Source: Candidatus Aegiribacteria sp.
GTDB lineage: Bacteria; Fermentibacterota; Fermentibacteria; Fermentibacterales; JCC-6
NCBI GenBank assembly: GCA_046498225.1
Contig: JAWOBF010000126.1
Span: 1 to 15,784 of the forward strand
DNA: 15,784 nt
Direction of reading: 5' to 3'
In this document: piece after piece, positions 1 to 7,593 of the stretch
Position numbering within the stretch: position 1 is the first letter of the stretch
How the letters are laid out: each line of letters opens with the position of its first letter
The notes under the pieces: model-generated
The model's database searches: none
What the model saw: the letters and a program-made list of their open reading frames with translations, nothing else
What the model was told of the DNA's origin: nothing
Position numbers and translations under genes: made by a program

Positions 1-342
1 AGGGTGGACGCCCTGGCAGCCGTACAGGCCGCCCTGGCCGTTGGCGTCGCGGCAGGCGACGAGACAGCCGGACCGGCCGGGCTTCTCATCAGCTCGGTCA
101 GCCCCAACCCGGTGCTGAACATGGCCTCCTTCGAGGTCTACACCGCTTCTCCGGGCATGGCCGACATCGCAGTGTTCGACCTCTCCGGCAGGAGGGTGGC
201 CAATATAGGCACCCATGAGATGGCCGAAGGCTCGAACTCCTACAGCTGGATGGTCCCCGCGGACATCACCAGCGGCATCTACTTCGTAAGGGCAAGCGTG
301 AACGGCTCCACCGTCACGTCAAGGATGGCCGTTATAAGGTAG
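1..342 (+). CDS. 3' end (5'-partial) of a secreted protein with a T9SS type A-like C-terminal sorting domain, probably an S8 subtilase
   Basis: Frame +1 is open from base 1 (RVDALAAVQAAL...) to TAG at 340-342. SPNP...IAVFDLSGRRV...SGIYFVR...RMAVIR matches the Por/T9SS CTD pattern (PNP, DLxGR, GxYFV). RVDALAAV resembles the GxGRVDAxxAV end of subtilase catalytic domains. Confidence 0.8.
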   Translation, partial: RVDALAAVQAALAVGVAAGDETAGPAGLLISSVSPNPVLNMASFEVYTASPGMADIAVFDLSGRRVANIGTHEMAEGSNSYSWMVPADITSGIYFVRASVNGSTVTSRMAVIR

Positions 343-364
343 AGCGCTACAGCTCAACAGGAAC

Positions 365-390
365 GGGGCGCCCTTTTCGGGGCGCCCCTT
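365..390 (+). terminator. GC-rich hairpin, probable intrinsic terminator
   Basis: GGGGCGCCC (365-373) pairs with GGGCGCCCC (380-388), a 9-bp stem 22 nt after the stop codon and between convergent genes. The U-tract is short. Confidence 0.6.
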
Positions 391-483
391 CCGACATTTC
401 TCAAGTCATCATGAACACCACTGCTGCTTATCGGGGAACCTTTTGTAGTGGAACGATAAGCCCGGTGGATTACACGCGCGAAT

Positions 484-2199
484 TCACTGATAGCGTGTCA
501 GCATCTGTTCCTTACGCATCTGCTCTGATTCCAGTTCAATCATCCAATCGGACGTCCTGCTGAAGGCGGCCGTGACAGGCGCGGAGAAGAAGCAGCTGCT
601 CCCCTCGCTTGCAAGGACCCATTCGGGCCGGTCCTCGAGGAAGAAATGGTACCCCTCTGCCGTGTTATCGGGAACGAGTACGATGAGAGAATCCCCGCCG
701 AAAGGGTCCGGCAGGTACAGGAGTACCCGTTCGGATACGATGCAGTCGGAGTATTCTCCGAACTCAGCCAGCGGCAAACAGTCCCGAACGAAGAGGAGGG
801 TATCCGGTATCTCGACTGTAAGCCTCTCGTGGGGTGAGAAGGAGAGAACCCTCCCGGTTTCCAGATGAGCGAAGCGGGCTTCTGTCCCGGGGTTCTCCCG
901 GGCAATGGGCAGGAGCGTTCCCCAGAATCCGCTGGCGTCGCCTACGTACCGCCCGGGGTCGTACCCCGCAGCTCTGAGCGGCTCCAGCAGTTCTCCCTCC
1001 CAGAAGGTGTCGTAGTCGCCATGCTGATACTGGATTCCAGTGAAGAATACAGGACCTTCCCCGGGAACAGAATCGAGGATTTCGTTCATCATGTAAGTTG
1101 TCTCCTCCACTATCGCCGACGCGTCCCTGATGATGCGCACTTCGTCCCTCGCCGACAGAAAACCTCCAAGGAGCAGGGGAACGGCAATCATCCATGTGGT
1201 CCGGGTTCCCGCCCTGTCCATCAGGAGTCCGAAGAGAAGTGCGGCTGACGGCAGTGCTGTGACCGCGAGGTAGCCCCGCGCGCCGAGAGACCCTACCGGG
1301 AGGAGCAGGCAGACCGTAAGGATGATGAAGAACATTTTGTGGCGGGTATCGACCCGAAGCAGCCAGAGAACGATAACAGCGCAGGGCAGGAGGACCCTGA
1401 AGGGAACGCCGGCAAGCCACGGCTTGAAGACCATCGCAGAAAGCCGCAGCATGCTCTTCACGGTGAAGAGACCGAAGGTTCCGCTCTCCGCGTAGCTGAT
1501 GGAAAGCCCTACCGCGCTGAAGCGCATGAGCAGGTAGACCGCCAGCGTTGCCATGGCGGCGGCGAGAGAGACCGCAACTGCCTTCCTCCTGGCTGGGGGG
1601 GGGTGGTAGAGTGCGAGTGCCGCGAATACGGGCGGACACGCTATGGCGGTCTCCTTGAACAGAAGCGAAACGAAAAAGAGCAGCTGGGCCAGGACTATCG
1701 GTCCCGCGCGCAGACCACCCGCTCGTTTCACTGCCCTGAGGTGGACGAGAAGTGCGGCGAGCAGAGGAGCGAGAGCGGCGAGGGTGGTCCTGCCTGAAAC
1801 CCGTGCGACGGCGGGGGCGGCAGCCCATGAGAGAAGAAAGAGCGCGGTGCCCAGGAAGCTTCCCTTTGCACCGGCCCCGAACTCCCTCAGCAGAAGGTGG
1901 ACCAGCAATGCGTTGATCATGAAGAGAACAAGGTTGGTGAGGTGCCAGCCCCATGGCCTGCCCGGACCGTAGAGCCTGGCGTCGAGAGTCCACAGGCCGG
2001 CCATCAGGGGACGGTAGCCGCCTGCTTCGAATCCGGTGAACGACCGCGTGCTGAAACTGTGGTCCAGGTCCAGGAAATCGTCATGAAGGAAACCGATGCT
2101 GAACACCGGCAGGTACACCGCCGCTGCGAGGACGGTCAGAACGGCCGAAACGAATACAAGTCTGACGCATCTGTGGCTGAGCAGCAACTCACGATCCAT
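484..2199 (-). CDS. Polytopic membrane protein, GT-C fold glycosyltransferase (PMT/TMTC/GT39-like)
   Basis: 571 aa. An N-terminal TM helix is followed by GFLHDDF (acidic DD in the first outer loop), YRPL, WHLTNLVLFMINALLV and LLFKETA, all typical of GT-C/TMTC-like transferases. About 10 or more hydrophobic segments precede a soluble C-terminal domain. Confidence 0.7.
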   Translation of the reverse strand: MDRELLLSHRCVRLVFVSAVLTVLAAAVYLPVFSIGFLHDDFLDLDHSFSTRSFTGFEAGGYRPLMAGLWTLDARLYGPGRPWGWHLTNLVLFMINALLVHLLLREFGAGAKGSFLGTALFLLSWAAAPAVARVSGRTTLAALAPLLAALLVHLRAVKRAGGLRAGPIVLAQLLFFVSLLFKETAIACPPVFAALALYHPPPARRKAVAVSLAAAMATLAVYLLMRFSAVGLSISYAESGTFGLFTVKSMLRLSAMVFKPWLAGVPFRVLLPCAVIVLWLLRVDTRHKMFFIILTVCLLLPVGSLGARGYLAVTALPSAALLFGLLMDRAGTRTTWMIAVPLLLGGFLSARDEVRIIRDASAIVEETTYMMNEILDSVPGEGPVFFTGIQYQHGDYDTFWEGELLEPLRAAGYDPGRYVGDASGFWGTLLPIARENPGTEARFAHLETGRVLSFSPHERLTVEIPDTLLFVRDCLPLAEFGEYSDCIVSERVLLYLPDPFGGDSLIVLVPDNTAEGYHFFLEDRPEWVLASEGSSCFFSAPVTAAFSRTSDWMIELESEQMRKEQMLTRYQ

Positions 2200-2285
2200 T
2201 CAGGAACCTGCCAGGATTCAATAGGTCCTCTTCATTTTGCGTATTTATCTCCGTTGGACCTGACTGCAGGCTGCTGCCAAAGACA

Positions 2286-2372
2286 TGGTACCGGAGGAGG
2301 GATTTGAACCCTCAAGTCCACAGGGGACAACGGATTTTGAGTCCGCCGCGTCTGCCATTCCGCCACTCCGGC
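2286..2372 (-). tRNA. tRNA-Leu(CAA)
   Basis: Reverse complement GCCGGAGTGGCGGAATGGCAGACGCGGCGGACT-CAA-AATCCGT...GGTTCAAATCCCTCCTCCGGTACCA folds as a cloverleaf with a long variable arm and encoded CCA (87 nt). Confidence 0.97.
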
Positions 2373-2422
2373 ACCGCGTATTGACTGCCCGGGTCGAAGG
2401 AATACCGTTCACGATAAAGCGG

Positions 2423-2452
2423 AATATGAACCATTGGCGAGCATTCACGCAA
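2423..2452 (-). promoter_or_regulatory. Possible sigma70 promoter for tRNA-Leu
   Basis: Minus strand reads TTGCGT (2452-2447)-N18-CATATT (2428-2423), about 50 nt upstream of the tRNA-Leu 5' end. Confidence 0.3.
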
Positions 2453-2483
2453 GGGCATCCGCCGAACAGGATGCTGTTTCATC

Positions 2484-2512
2484 TTGACAAAACGGGTTTT
2501 TGGAAATAAGTT
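2484..2512 (+). promoter_or_regulatory. sigma70 promoter for the tRNA-Ile2/tRNA-Val pair
   Basis: TTGACA (2484-2489)-N17-TAAGTT (2507-2512), 12 nt upstream of the tRNA 5' end. Confidence 0.8.
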
Positions 2513-2524
2513 TGAGCACTTATC

Positions 2525-2601
2525 GGGCCCATAGCTCAGTTGGCTAGAGCCACCGGCTCATAACCGGTCGGTCCCTGGTTCGAGTCCAGGTGGGCCCACC
2601 A
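2525..2601 (+). tRNA. tRNA-Ile2(CAT), lysidine-modified, reads AUA; elongator Met less likely
   Basis: GGGCCCA acceptor stem, anticodon arm ACCGG-CTCATAA-CCGGT, T-loop TTCGAGT and encoded CCA. The paired G1-C72 and absence of the three consecutive anticodon-stem G-C pairs exclude the initiator. CGGCTCATAACCG is typical of Ile2. Confidence 0.9.
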
Positions 2602-2616
2602 AACTATTATGGCGAA

Positions 2617-2693
2617 GGGCGGGTAGCTCAGTTGGCTAGAGCACAAGCTTCACACGTTTGGGGTCGCAGGTTCAAATCCTGTCCCGCCCACCA
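2617..2693 (+). tRNA. tRNA-Val(CAC)
   Basis: GGGCGGG/CCCGCCC acceptor stem, anticodon arm CAAGC-TTCACAC-GTTTG, T-loop TTCAAAT and encoded CCA (77 nt). Confidence 0.96.
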
Positions 2694-2767
2694 CCGGTGC
2701 GAACCGGGAATATGGTGCATGCATGTCGCGGTGTGACGGGAACATCACACCCGAAACCGGTAAAGGC

Positions 2768-2798
2768 GGGGTACCCTTCGGGGTACCCTTCTTCATTT
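2768..2798 (+). terminator. Intrinsic terminator of the tRNA transcript
   Basis: GGGTACCC-TTCG-GGGTACCC (2769-2788) forms a stem with a UUCG tetraloop, followed by TTCTTCATTT. Confidence 0.75.
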
Positions 2799-2823
2799 AT
2801 GGCGAATGCGGGAGCGGAGTTCG

Positions 2824-3549
2824 ATGAAGGAAGACCTGAGGAAACTCATAAAGATGCAGGACGTTGATTCCCGCATTGACAGGGCCCGTGCGGAGATGGA
2901 CGAGATCCCACGTGAGAAGATGATACACGAGAGGGAGCTTGAGCAGCAGAAGAGGGAGTTCCAGCGGGAGCGGGACAAGCTGGAGACGTTGAGGGAAGAG
3001 AGCCGGAAGGCACAGTCGTCCAGGGAAGCCACGGAACAGCGGCTTGCGGAGTTCAAGAACCAGCTGCTCGAGATGAAGACCAACAAGGCCTACCGGACCA
3101 TGCTGGAACAGATAAAGTACGCGGAGAAGCAGGTGAGCGACCTGGACAGCACGATAATTGAGAAGATGTACGAGGAGGAGGAGGCGGAGGCGGACCTGGA
3201 GGACGCCCGCAAGGTCTGGGAACGCAACATGAAGAGGTTCGAGAAGCGCCAGGAGATACTGGACGGCCAGCTGGAAGTCCTGAAGGAGAACATGGAGAAG
3301 CTCCTGAGCGAGAGGGCCGAAATATCCGCCGGTATGAACAGGCGCCTTCTGGACAAGTACGAGCAGCTCAGGTCCAGCGGCAAGGGACTGGTGGTGGTAG
3401 GGCTCCAGAACGGCAACTGCGGCGGCTGCCTCACGGGGATACCTCCTCAGACAGCGGTGGAGATAAGCCAGGGCAGCACATTCGTATGCCCCATCTGCGG
3501 GCGTTTCGTAGTGTGGACGGATGACAGCTCCCTGGCTGGTGAGAAGTAA
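2824..3549 (+). CDS. Coiled-coil protein with C4-type zinc ribbon (DUF164 / HP0958 / CT398-like)
   Basis: ATG at 2824 follows a GGAG RBS. 241 aa with a long E/K/R-rich coiled coil, LLDKYEQLR, and C-terminal CGGC...CPICGRF. This family is commonly found next to rnpB. Confidence 0.9.
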   Translation: MKEDLRKLIKMQDVDSRIDRARAEMDEIPREKMIHERELEQQKREFQRERDKLETLREESRKAQSSREATEQRLAEFKNQLLEMKTNKAYRTMLEQIKYAEKQVSDLDSTIIEKMYEEEEAEADLEDARKVWERNMKRFEKRQEILDGQLEVLKENMEKLLSERAEISAGMNRRLLDKYEQLRSSGKGLVVVGLQNGNCGGCLTGIPPQTAVEISQGSTFVCPICGRFVVWTDDSSLAGEK

Positions 3550-3560
3550 CTATATTCAGC

Positions 3561-3969
3561 GCAGGGTCAGGCGAGTGGCCGCCCCCTCATGGGGGAGGAA
3601 AGTCCGGGCTCCACAGGGCGGGACACCGGGGAAACCCCGGTTCCGGTAACGGAAAGAACGTGCCACAGAAACGATACCGCCCCCGATGTTCAGCGAATTC
3701 CAGACAGGTTTCCGGTGAACCGGCAAGCGGGGGCAAGGGTGAAATGGCGGGGTAAGAGCCCACCGGGGTACCGGCAACGGTACCCGCACGGCAAACCTTG
3801 TCCGGTGCAAGGCCAAATAGGGAGGAAGGCTTCTACGAAGCCGGGGAGCTGCCCGTTCCCCCCGACCTCCGGGTTGGCCGCTAGAGGCGGCGGGAGACTG
3901 TCGTCCCAGACGGATGGCCACTGGCGCCCTTCGGGGCGTTACAGAACCCGGCTTACAGCCTGACCCCGC
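3561..3969 (+). ncRNA. rnpB: Bacterial RNase P RNA, type A
   Basis: Conserved motifs GAGGAAAGTCCGGGCTCC, TGCCACAGAAA, GGGTGAAA..GGTAAGAGC, GCAAGGCCAAATAG and ACAGAACCCGGCTTA. P1 pairs GGGTCAGGC (3564-3572) with GCCTGACCC (3958-3966). Confidence 0.97.
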
Positions 3970-3988
3970 AATTCCCATTGGAGGAGCA

Positions 3989-5692
3989 TTGAAGAAGCGC
4001 TGGGCCGCCCGACCGGTACCGAGACTGGAGCTGTCGGAGGCGCCGGACGCTCACGGGCTGCCGGAGCCGGTGGCCCTTCTCCTCGCCAGGAGGGGGTATT
4101 CCGGCCCGTCCCTGGAGAAATTTCTGAAACCGGACATGGGCGAGATCTCGTCCTGGAGATCCCCCGGCGGCATGCAGAAGGCCGCTGAAAGGATAGCCTC
4201 CGCCGTCAGGGACGGGGAGAAGATACTGGTCCATGGCGACTACGACGCGGACGGGATCACCGCAACCGCGGTGGTGTACCTGGCTCTGAAGCGGCTTGGC
4301 GCACGGGTGGACTATTTCATACCCGACAGGTTCGATGACGGTTACGGCCTCGGTGATTCAAGCCTGGATGCGTGCTCGGGGGCCGGTGCCCGTCTTCTTA
4401 TCACCGTGGACTGCGGCGTATCCGACGCGGAACATATAGAAGCCCTCAGGGCAATGGGGGTAGAGACGGTCATCACCGACCATCACCAGCCGGGGGAGAG
4501 GCTGCCGGACGCCTGCGCGCTGGTGGACCCCGCCCTGGACGATGAGGCGCCCTGGTCTCACCTGGCCGGCGCCGGAGTGGCATGGATGGCCATGGGTGGG
4601 GTCTATGAAATCCTGGAGGGCGACCCGGACTACCTTCAGAGCCTTCTGCAGTACGTTGCGGCGGGCACGGTGGCGGACGTGGTGGACCTGGTGGAGGACA
4701 ACAGGATAATCGTTTCCCGCGGACTGGAACTCCTTCGCAGCGCCCCCTTCCCCGGAATAAGAGCCCTTGCCGCAAGCGCCTCCATCGATATCGCGAAGGT
4801 AAATTCCACGGACCTGGCCTATTACATCGGACCGAGGCTGAACGCCTGCGGCAGGATCGGGCATGCACACGACGCGGTAAGGCTGCTTCTGGCCGAAAGC
4901 TCCCGGGAGGCGGAGGAGCTGGCTTCCAGGGTGGAGAGCCACAACCGCAGGCGGAGGAAGCTGGACAGGCAGGTGGAAGCGGAGGTTGTCCGCAGGGCCG
5001 GAGAGCTCCATGAACCCAGATGCATCCTGATGGCCGACGGTAACTGGCACAGGGGCGTGATAGGGATAGTTGCATCGAGGCTCGTGTCCAGGTTCGGCGT
5101 GCCGTCAGTGATGATAGCGCTGGAGGACGGCCTGGGATTCGGCTCCGCCAGGAGCGTCCCGGGAATTCCTATCCATTCCATCCTGAGGGACATACAGTCC
5201 AGGCTGGGGCTGATGGACAGCCTGGGCGGCCATCCGATGGCGGCGGGTTTTCAGCTGCCCGCCGGCAACGTGGAACCGCTCAGAGCAGAACTCTGCTCGG
5301 TACTGTCCCGGGAAAGCTGGGACAGACACCTGGGCTCGGTGCTCTACCTGGACGGAGGGCTGGAGGGGGAGGACCTGAACGCAGGAACGGTCAGGGCCCT
5401 GGACCTCCTGGAACCCTTCGGGAAGGGAAACCGCAGACCGGTATGGCTGGTGAGGGGGGCGCACCCTCTCAGCTGGAAGGCGGTGGGCAGGCAGCGCGAC
5501 CACCTGAGCTGCAGCTTCAGGATAGGCTCGGAGACCTGCAGGGCCATAGGCTTCGGACTGGCAGACAAACAGTCACTGCTGGGCGGAAAAGTTGACCTGG
5601 CCTTCACCCTCTCGATGGATACATGGAGGAACGACGGCAGTATACAGCTGATGCTGGAGGACATAAGGCGTCACAGGAGGGCAGCCCGGTGA
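3989..5692 (+). CDS. recJ: Single-stranded-DNA-specific exonuclease RecJ
   Basis: DHH-family motifs GDYDADG, ITVDCG, TDHH, GTVADVV, PRLNA, GSARS and GGHPMAAG. TTG start at 3989 follows GGAGGAG. The ORF-track start at 3914 lies inside rnpB. Confidence 0.96.
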   Translation: MKKRWAARPVPRLELSEAPDAHGLPEPVALLLARRGYSGPSLEKFLKPDMGEISSWRSPGGMQKAAERIASAVRDGEKILVHGDYDADGITATAVVYLALKRLGARVDYFIPDRFDDGYGLGDSSLDACSGAGARLLITVDCGVSDAEHIEALRAMGVETVITDHHQPGERLPDACALVDPALDDEAPWSHLAGAGVAWMAMGGVYEILEGDPDYLQSLLQYVAAGTVADVVDLVEDNRIIVSRGLELLRSAPFPGIRALAASASIDIAKVNSTDLAYYIGPRLNACGRIGHAHDAVRLLLAESSREAEELASRVESHNRRRRKLDRQVEAEVVRRAGELHEPRCILMADGNWHRGVIGIVASRLVSRFGVPSVMIALEDGLGFGSARSVPGIPIHSILRDIQSRLGLMDSLGGHPMAAGFQLPAGNVEPLRAELCSVLSRESWDRHLGSVLYLDGGLEGEDLNAGTVRALDLLEPFGKGNRRPVWLVRGAHPLSWKAVGRQRDHLSCSFRIGSETCRAIGFGLADKQSLLGGKVDLAFTLSMDTWRNDGSIQLMLEDIRRHRRAAR

Positions 5693-7593
5693 AGGAGTCC
5701 CTTGCGAATGTCATCCACGATGTCTTCAACGGTGACGGCCTTCGCTCTGTGATTCCCGACTACTCTCCCAGACCGCTCCAGCTGAGATTCGCCCAGGCTG
5801 TGGCCGCAGCCATGAATACAGGCGGACTGCACCTGTTCGAAGCCGGTACCGGCATCGGCAAGAGCATTGCATACGTGATACCGGCGGTACTTTCGGGAAG
5901 AAAGATATTCGTTTCAACCGCCACCATAACACTGCAGGACCAGCTGGCGAAAAAGGACGTTCCGGCCGTACTGACCGCTCTGGGTTCCGCCGCCCGGGTC
6001 AGCGTCCTGAAGGGGCGCAACAACTACCTGTGCCTGAGGAAATGGAACAGGGGCGGGGAATCGGTCGCGGCCGACGAAGCGTTCACCCGGTGGGCGAACA
6101 CCACCGAAGACGGCGACATCTCCTCCTGCTCCGAGGAGCTGCCCCATTCGGTGTGGAGACATTTCAGGTCGGACCACCTGGACTGCGTCGGCTCCTCCTG
6201 CCCCTTCAGGGGGGGGTGTCATTTCTACAGGGCCAGGAACACGGCGAGGAAGGCGGACGTGCTCATCCTCAACCACCATCTCCTGGTATCCGGCCTGCTG
6301 GCCGACGAGGTCCTCCCCGAGGCCGACGTTCTGGTGATAGACGAGGGACACAGACTTGAGGACGCGGCCAGCGAATGTCTCGGCCTGGCGCTGGGGGAGG
6401 GCATTCTCCTTCCCATTTTCGACGGAATAGCCTTCAGCGAGGTGGAGACGGACAGGAAGGCGGCCCTGCTGGAGCGGACCAGGAAACTGTCCGCATCCAT
6501 AGCCGACCTCACCCTGGGCGTGACCGAGACCTCCCCCTGGGACCCGGTGGAACACATGGAAGGCCTTTCGGAGGTGGCTTCTGCAGCCTCGGGGCTGGCT
6601 TCGGAGGTGGAGGGCGTGGAAGACCTGCAGCCGGTGGCGCAGGCCGCCTCGGCCGTGGCGTCGGCGGCCAGAGGTTTTCTGGACATCAGTACCGGGGAGT
6701 ACTGCTGCTTCGTTGAGATGGAGGGGAAGCATCCGCTTCTCAAGGGGGTTCCGCTGGACATAGGTCCGGACCTGCGGGAAGTGGTCTATTCCAGATTCGA
6801 TACCACCATCCTCACCTCGGCCACCCTCACGGTGGCGGGGGAGTTCGATTTCTTCCAGGGACGGCTGGGCGCGTGGGACGCCGTCACCAGACGGTTCGGG
6901 AGCCCGTTCGATTACGGTTCCCAGGCGATACTGGCGGTTCCCGACGACCTTCCACCACATGATTCCCACCAGGATCTGGCGCTGACCGTCTGGAAATGGG
7001 GCCGAAGACTGTCGGAGCTTCTGGGGGGAAGGACCCTTCTGCTCTTCACCAGCTACAGGAACCTCAAACTCGTGAAACGGATGGCCGAGAGGGAGCTTCC
7101 CCCCGGTATCCGGCTGTTCACCCAGGGAGAGATGTCCCGCGGGGGGATACTAAGGGATTTCAGGGCTTCGAGCCGAGCGGTGATACTGGGCACGGCGTCT
7201 TTCTGGGAGGGGGTGGACCTTCCCGGCAACATGCTGCAGGCGGTGGTTATAGACAGGCTTCCCTTCGCGTCCCCCGGCCATCCCCTCATTCGGGCGCGAA
7301 TGGACCAGATAGACAGTAACGGAGGCAGCTCCTTCGCCGGCTATTCCCTTCCCCTGGCCGCGGTGAGGCTTCGCCAGGGGGTGGGCAGGCTGATAAGGTC
7401 GATGGACGATACCGGGGTGGTGATGATAATGGACAGGCGAATAGTGACGAAGGGATACGGAAGGGTCTTCCTCAGGTCCATTCCGCCCTTCAGGGTGGTT
7501 CCGCAGGACCAGGTGGAGGATTTCGTCATGGAACACTGCCTGTCCTCGAGTGTATCATCTATGAATGGAGATGATGCGGATGCGGATGACTGA
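5689..7593 (+). CDS. ATP-dependent DNA helicase, DinG/YoaA family with Fe-S cluster
   Basis: EAGTGIGKS (Walker A), KGRNNYLC, Cys cluster DCVGSSCPFRGGC, DEGH, LTSATL, FWEGVD and QGVGRLIR. GTG start overlaps the recJ stop (GTGA) and follows an AGGAGG RBS. Confidence 0.93.
   Translation: MKESLANVIHDVFNGDGLRSVIPDYSPRPLQLRFAQAVAAAMNTGGLHLFEAGTGIGKSIAYVIPAVLSGRKIFVSTATITLQDQLAKKDVPAVLTALGSAARVSVLKGRNNYLCLRKWNRGGESVAADEAFTRWANTTEDGDISSCSEELPHSVWRHFRSDHLDCVGSSCPFRGGCHFYRARNTARKADVLILNHHLLVSGLLADEVLPEADVLVIDEGHRLEDAASECLGLALGEGILLPIFDGIAFSEVETDRKAALLERTRKLSASIADLTLGVTETSPWDPVEHMEGLSEVASAASGLASEVEGVEDLQPVAQAASAVASAARGFLDISTGEYCCFVEMEGKHPLLKGVPLDIGPDLREVVYSRFDTTILTSATLTVAGEFDFFQGRLGAWDAVTRRFGSPFDYGSQAILAVPDDLPPHDSHQDLALTVWKWGRRLSELLGGRTLLLFTSYRNLKLVKRMAERELPPGIRLFTQGEMSRGGILRDFRASSRAVILGTASFWEGVDLPGNMLQAVVIDRLPFASPGHPLIRARMDQIDSNGGSSFAGYSLPLAAVRLRQGVGRLIRSMDDTGVVMIMDRRIVTKGYGRVFLRSIPPFRVVPQDQVEDFVMEHCLSSSVSSMNGDDADADD

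Noticed and set aside
764..1993. 409-aa alternative-frame ORF inside the GT-C gene
   Set aside because: R/G/P/S-rich with no recognisable motifs, typical of off-frame ORFs in GC-rich DNA.
2532..2642. Direct repeat TAGCTCAGTTGGCTAGAGC
   Set aside because: It is simply the shared D-arm of the two adjacent tRNAs.
2286..2693. tRNA cluster as an integration site for a genomic island
   Set aside because: I saw no integrase, no duplicated tRNA 3' end and no obvious compositional shift in the window.
2245..2867. Short ORFs 2245-2448, 2285-2509 and 2658-2867
   Set aside because: They are translations of the tRNA genes and their flanks.
3679..3734. Extended P12 helix of rnpB
   Set aside because: P12 length is highly variable in type A RNase P RNAs, so this is unremarkable.
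3556..3978. ORFs 3556-3978(-) and 3589-3963(+), and the 3914 start for recJ
   Set aside because: They overlap the RNase P RNA and are spurious translations. recJ has a better TTG start with an RBS at 3989.
5689..7593. DinG as a type IV CRISPR (CasDinG/Csf4) or defence helicase
   Set aside because: There are no cas genes or repeat-spacer array. The housekeeping context and YoaA-like motifs point to the chromosomal repair helicase.
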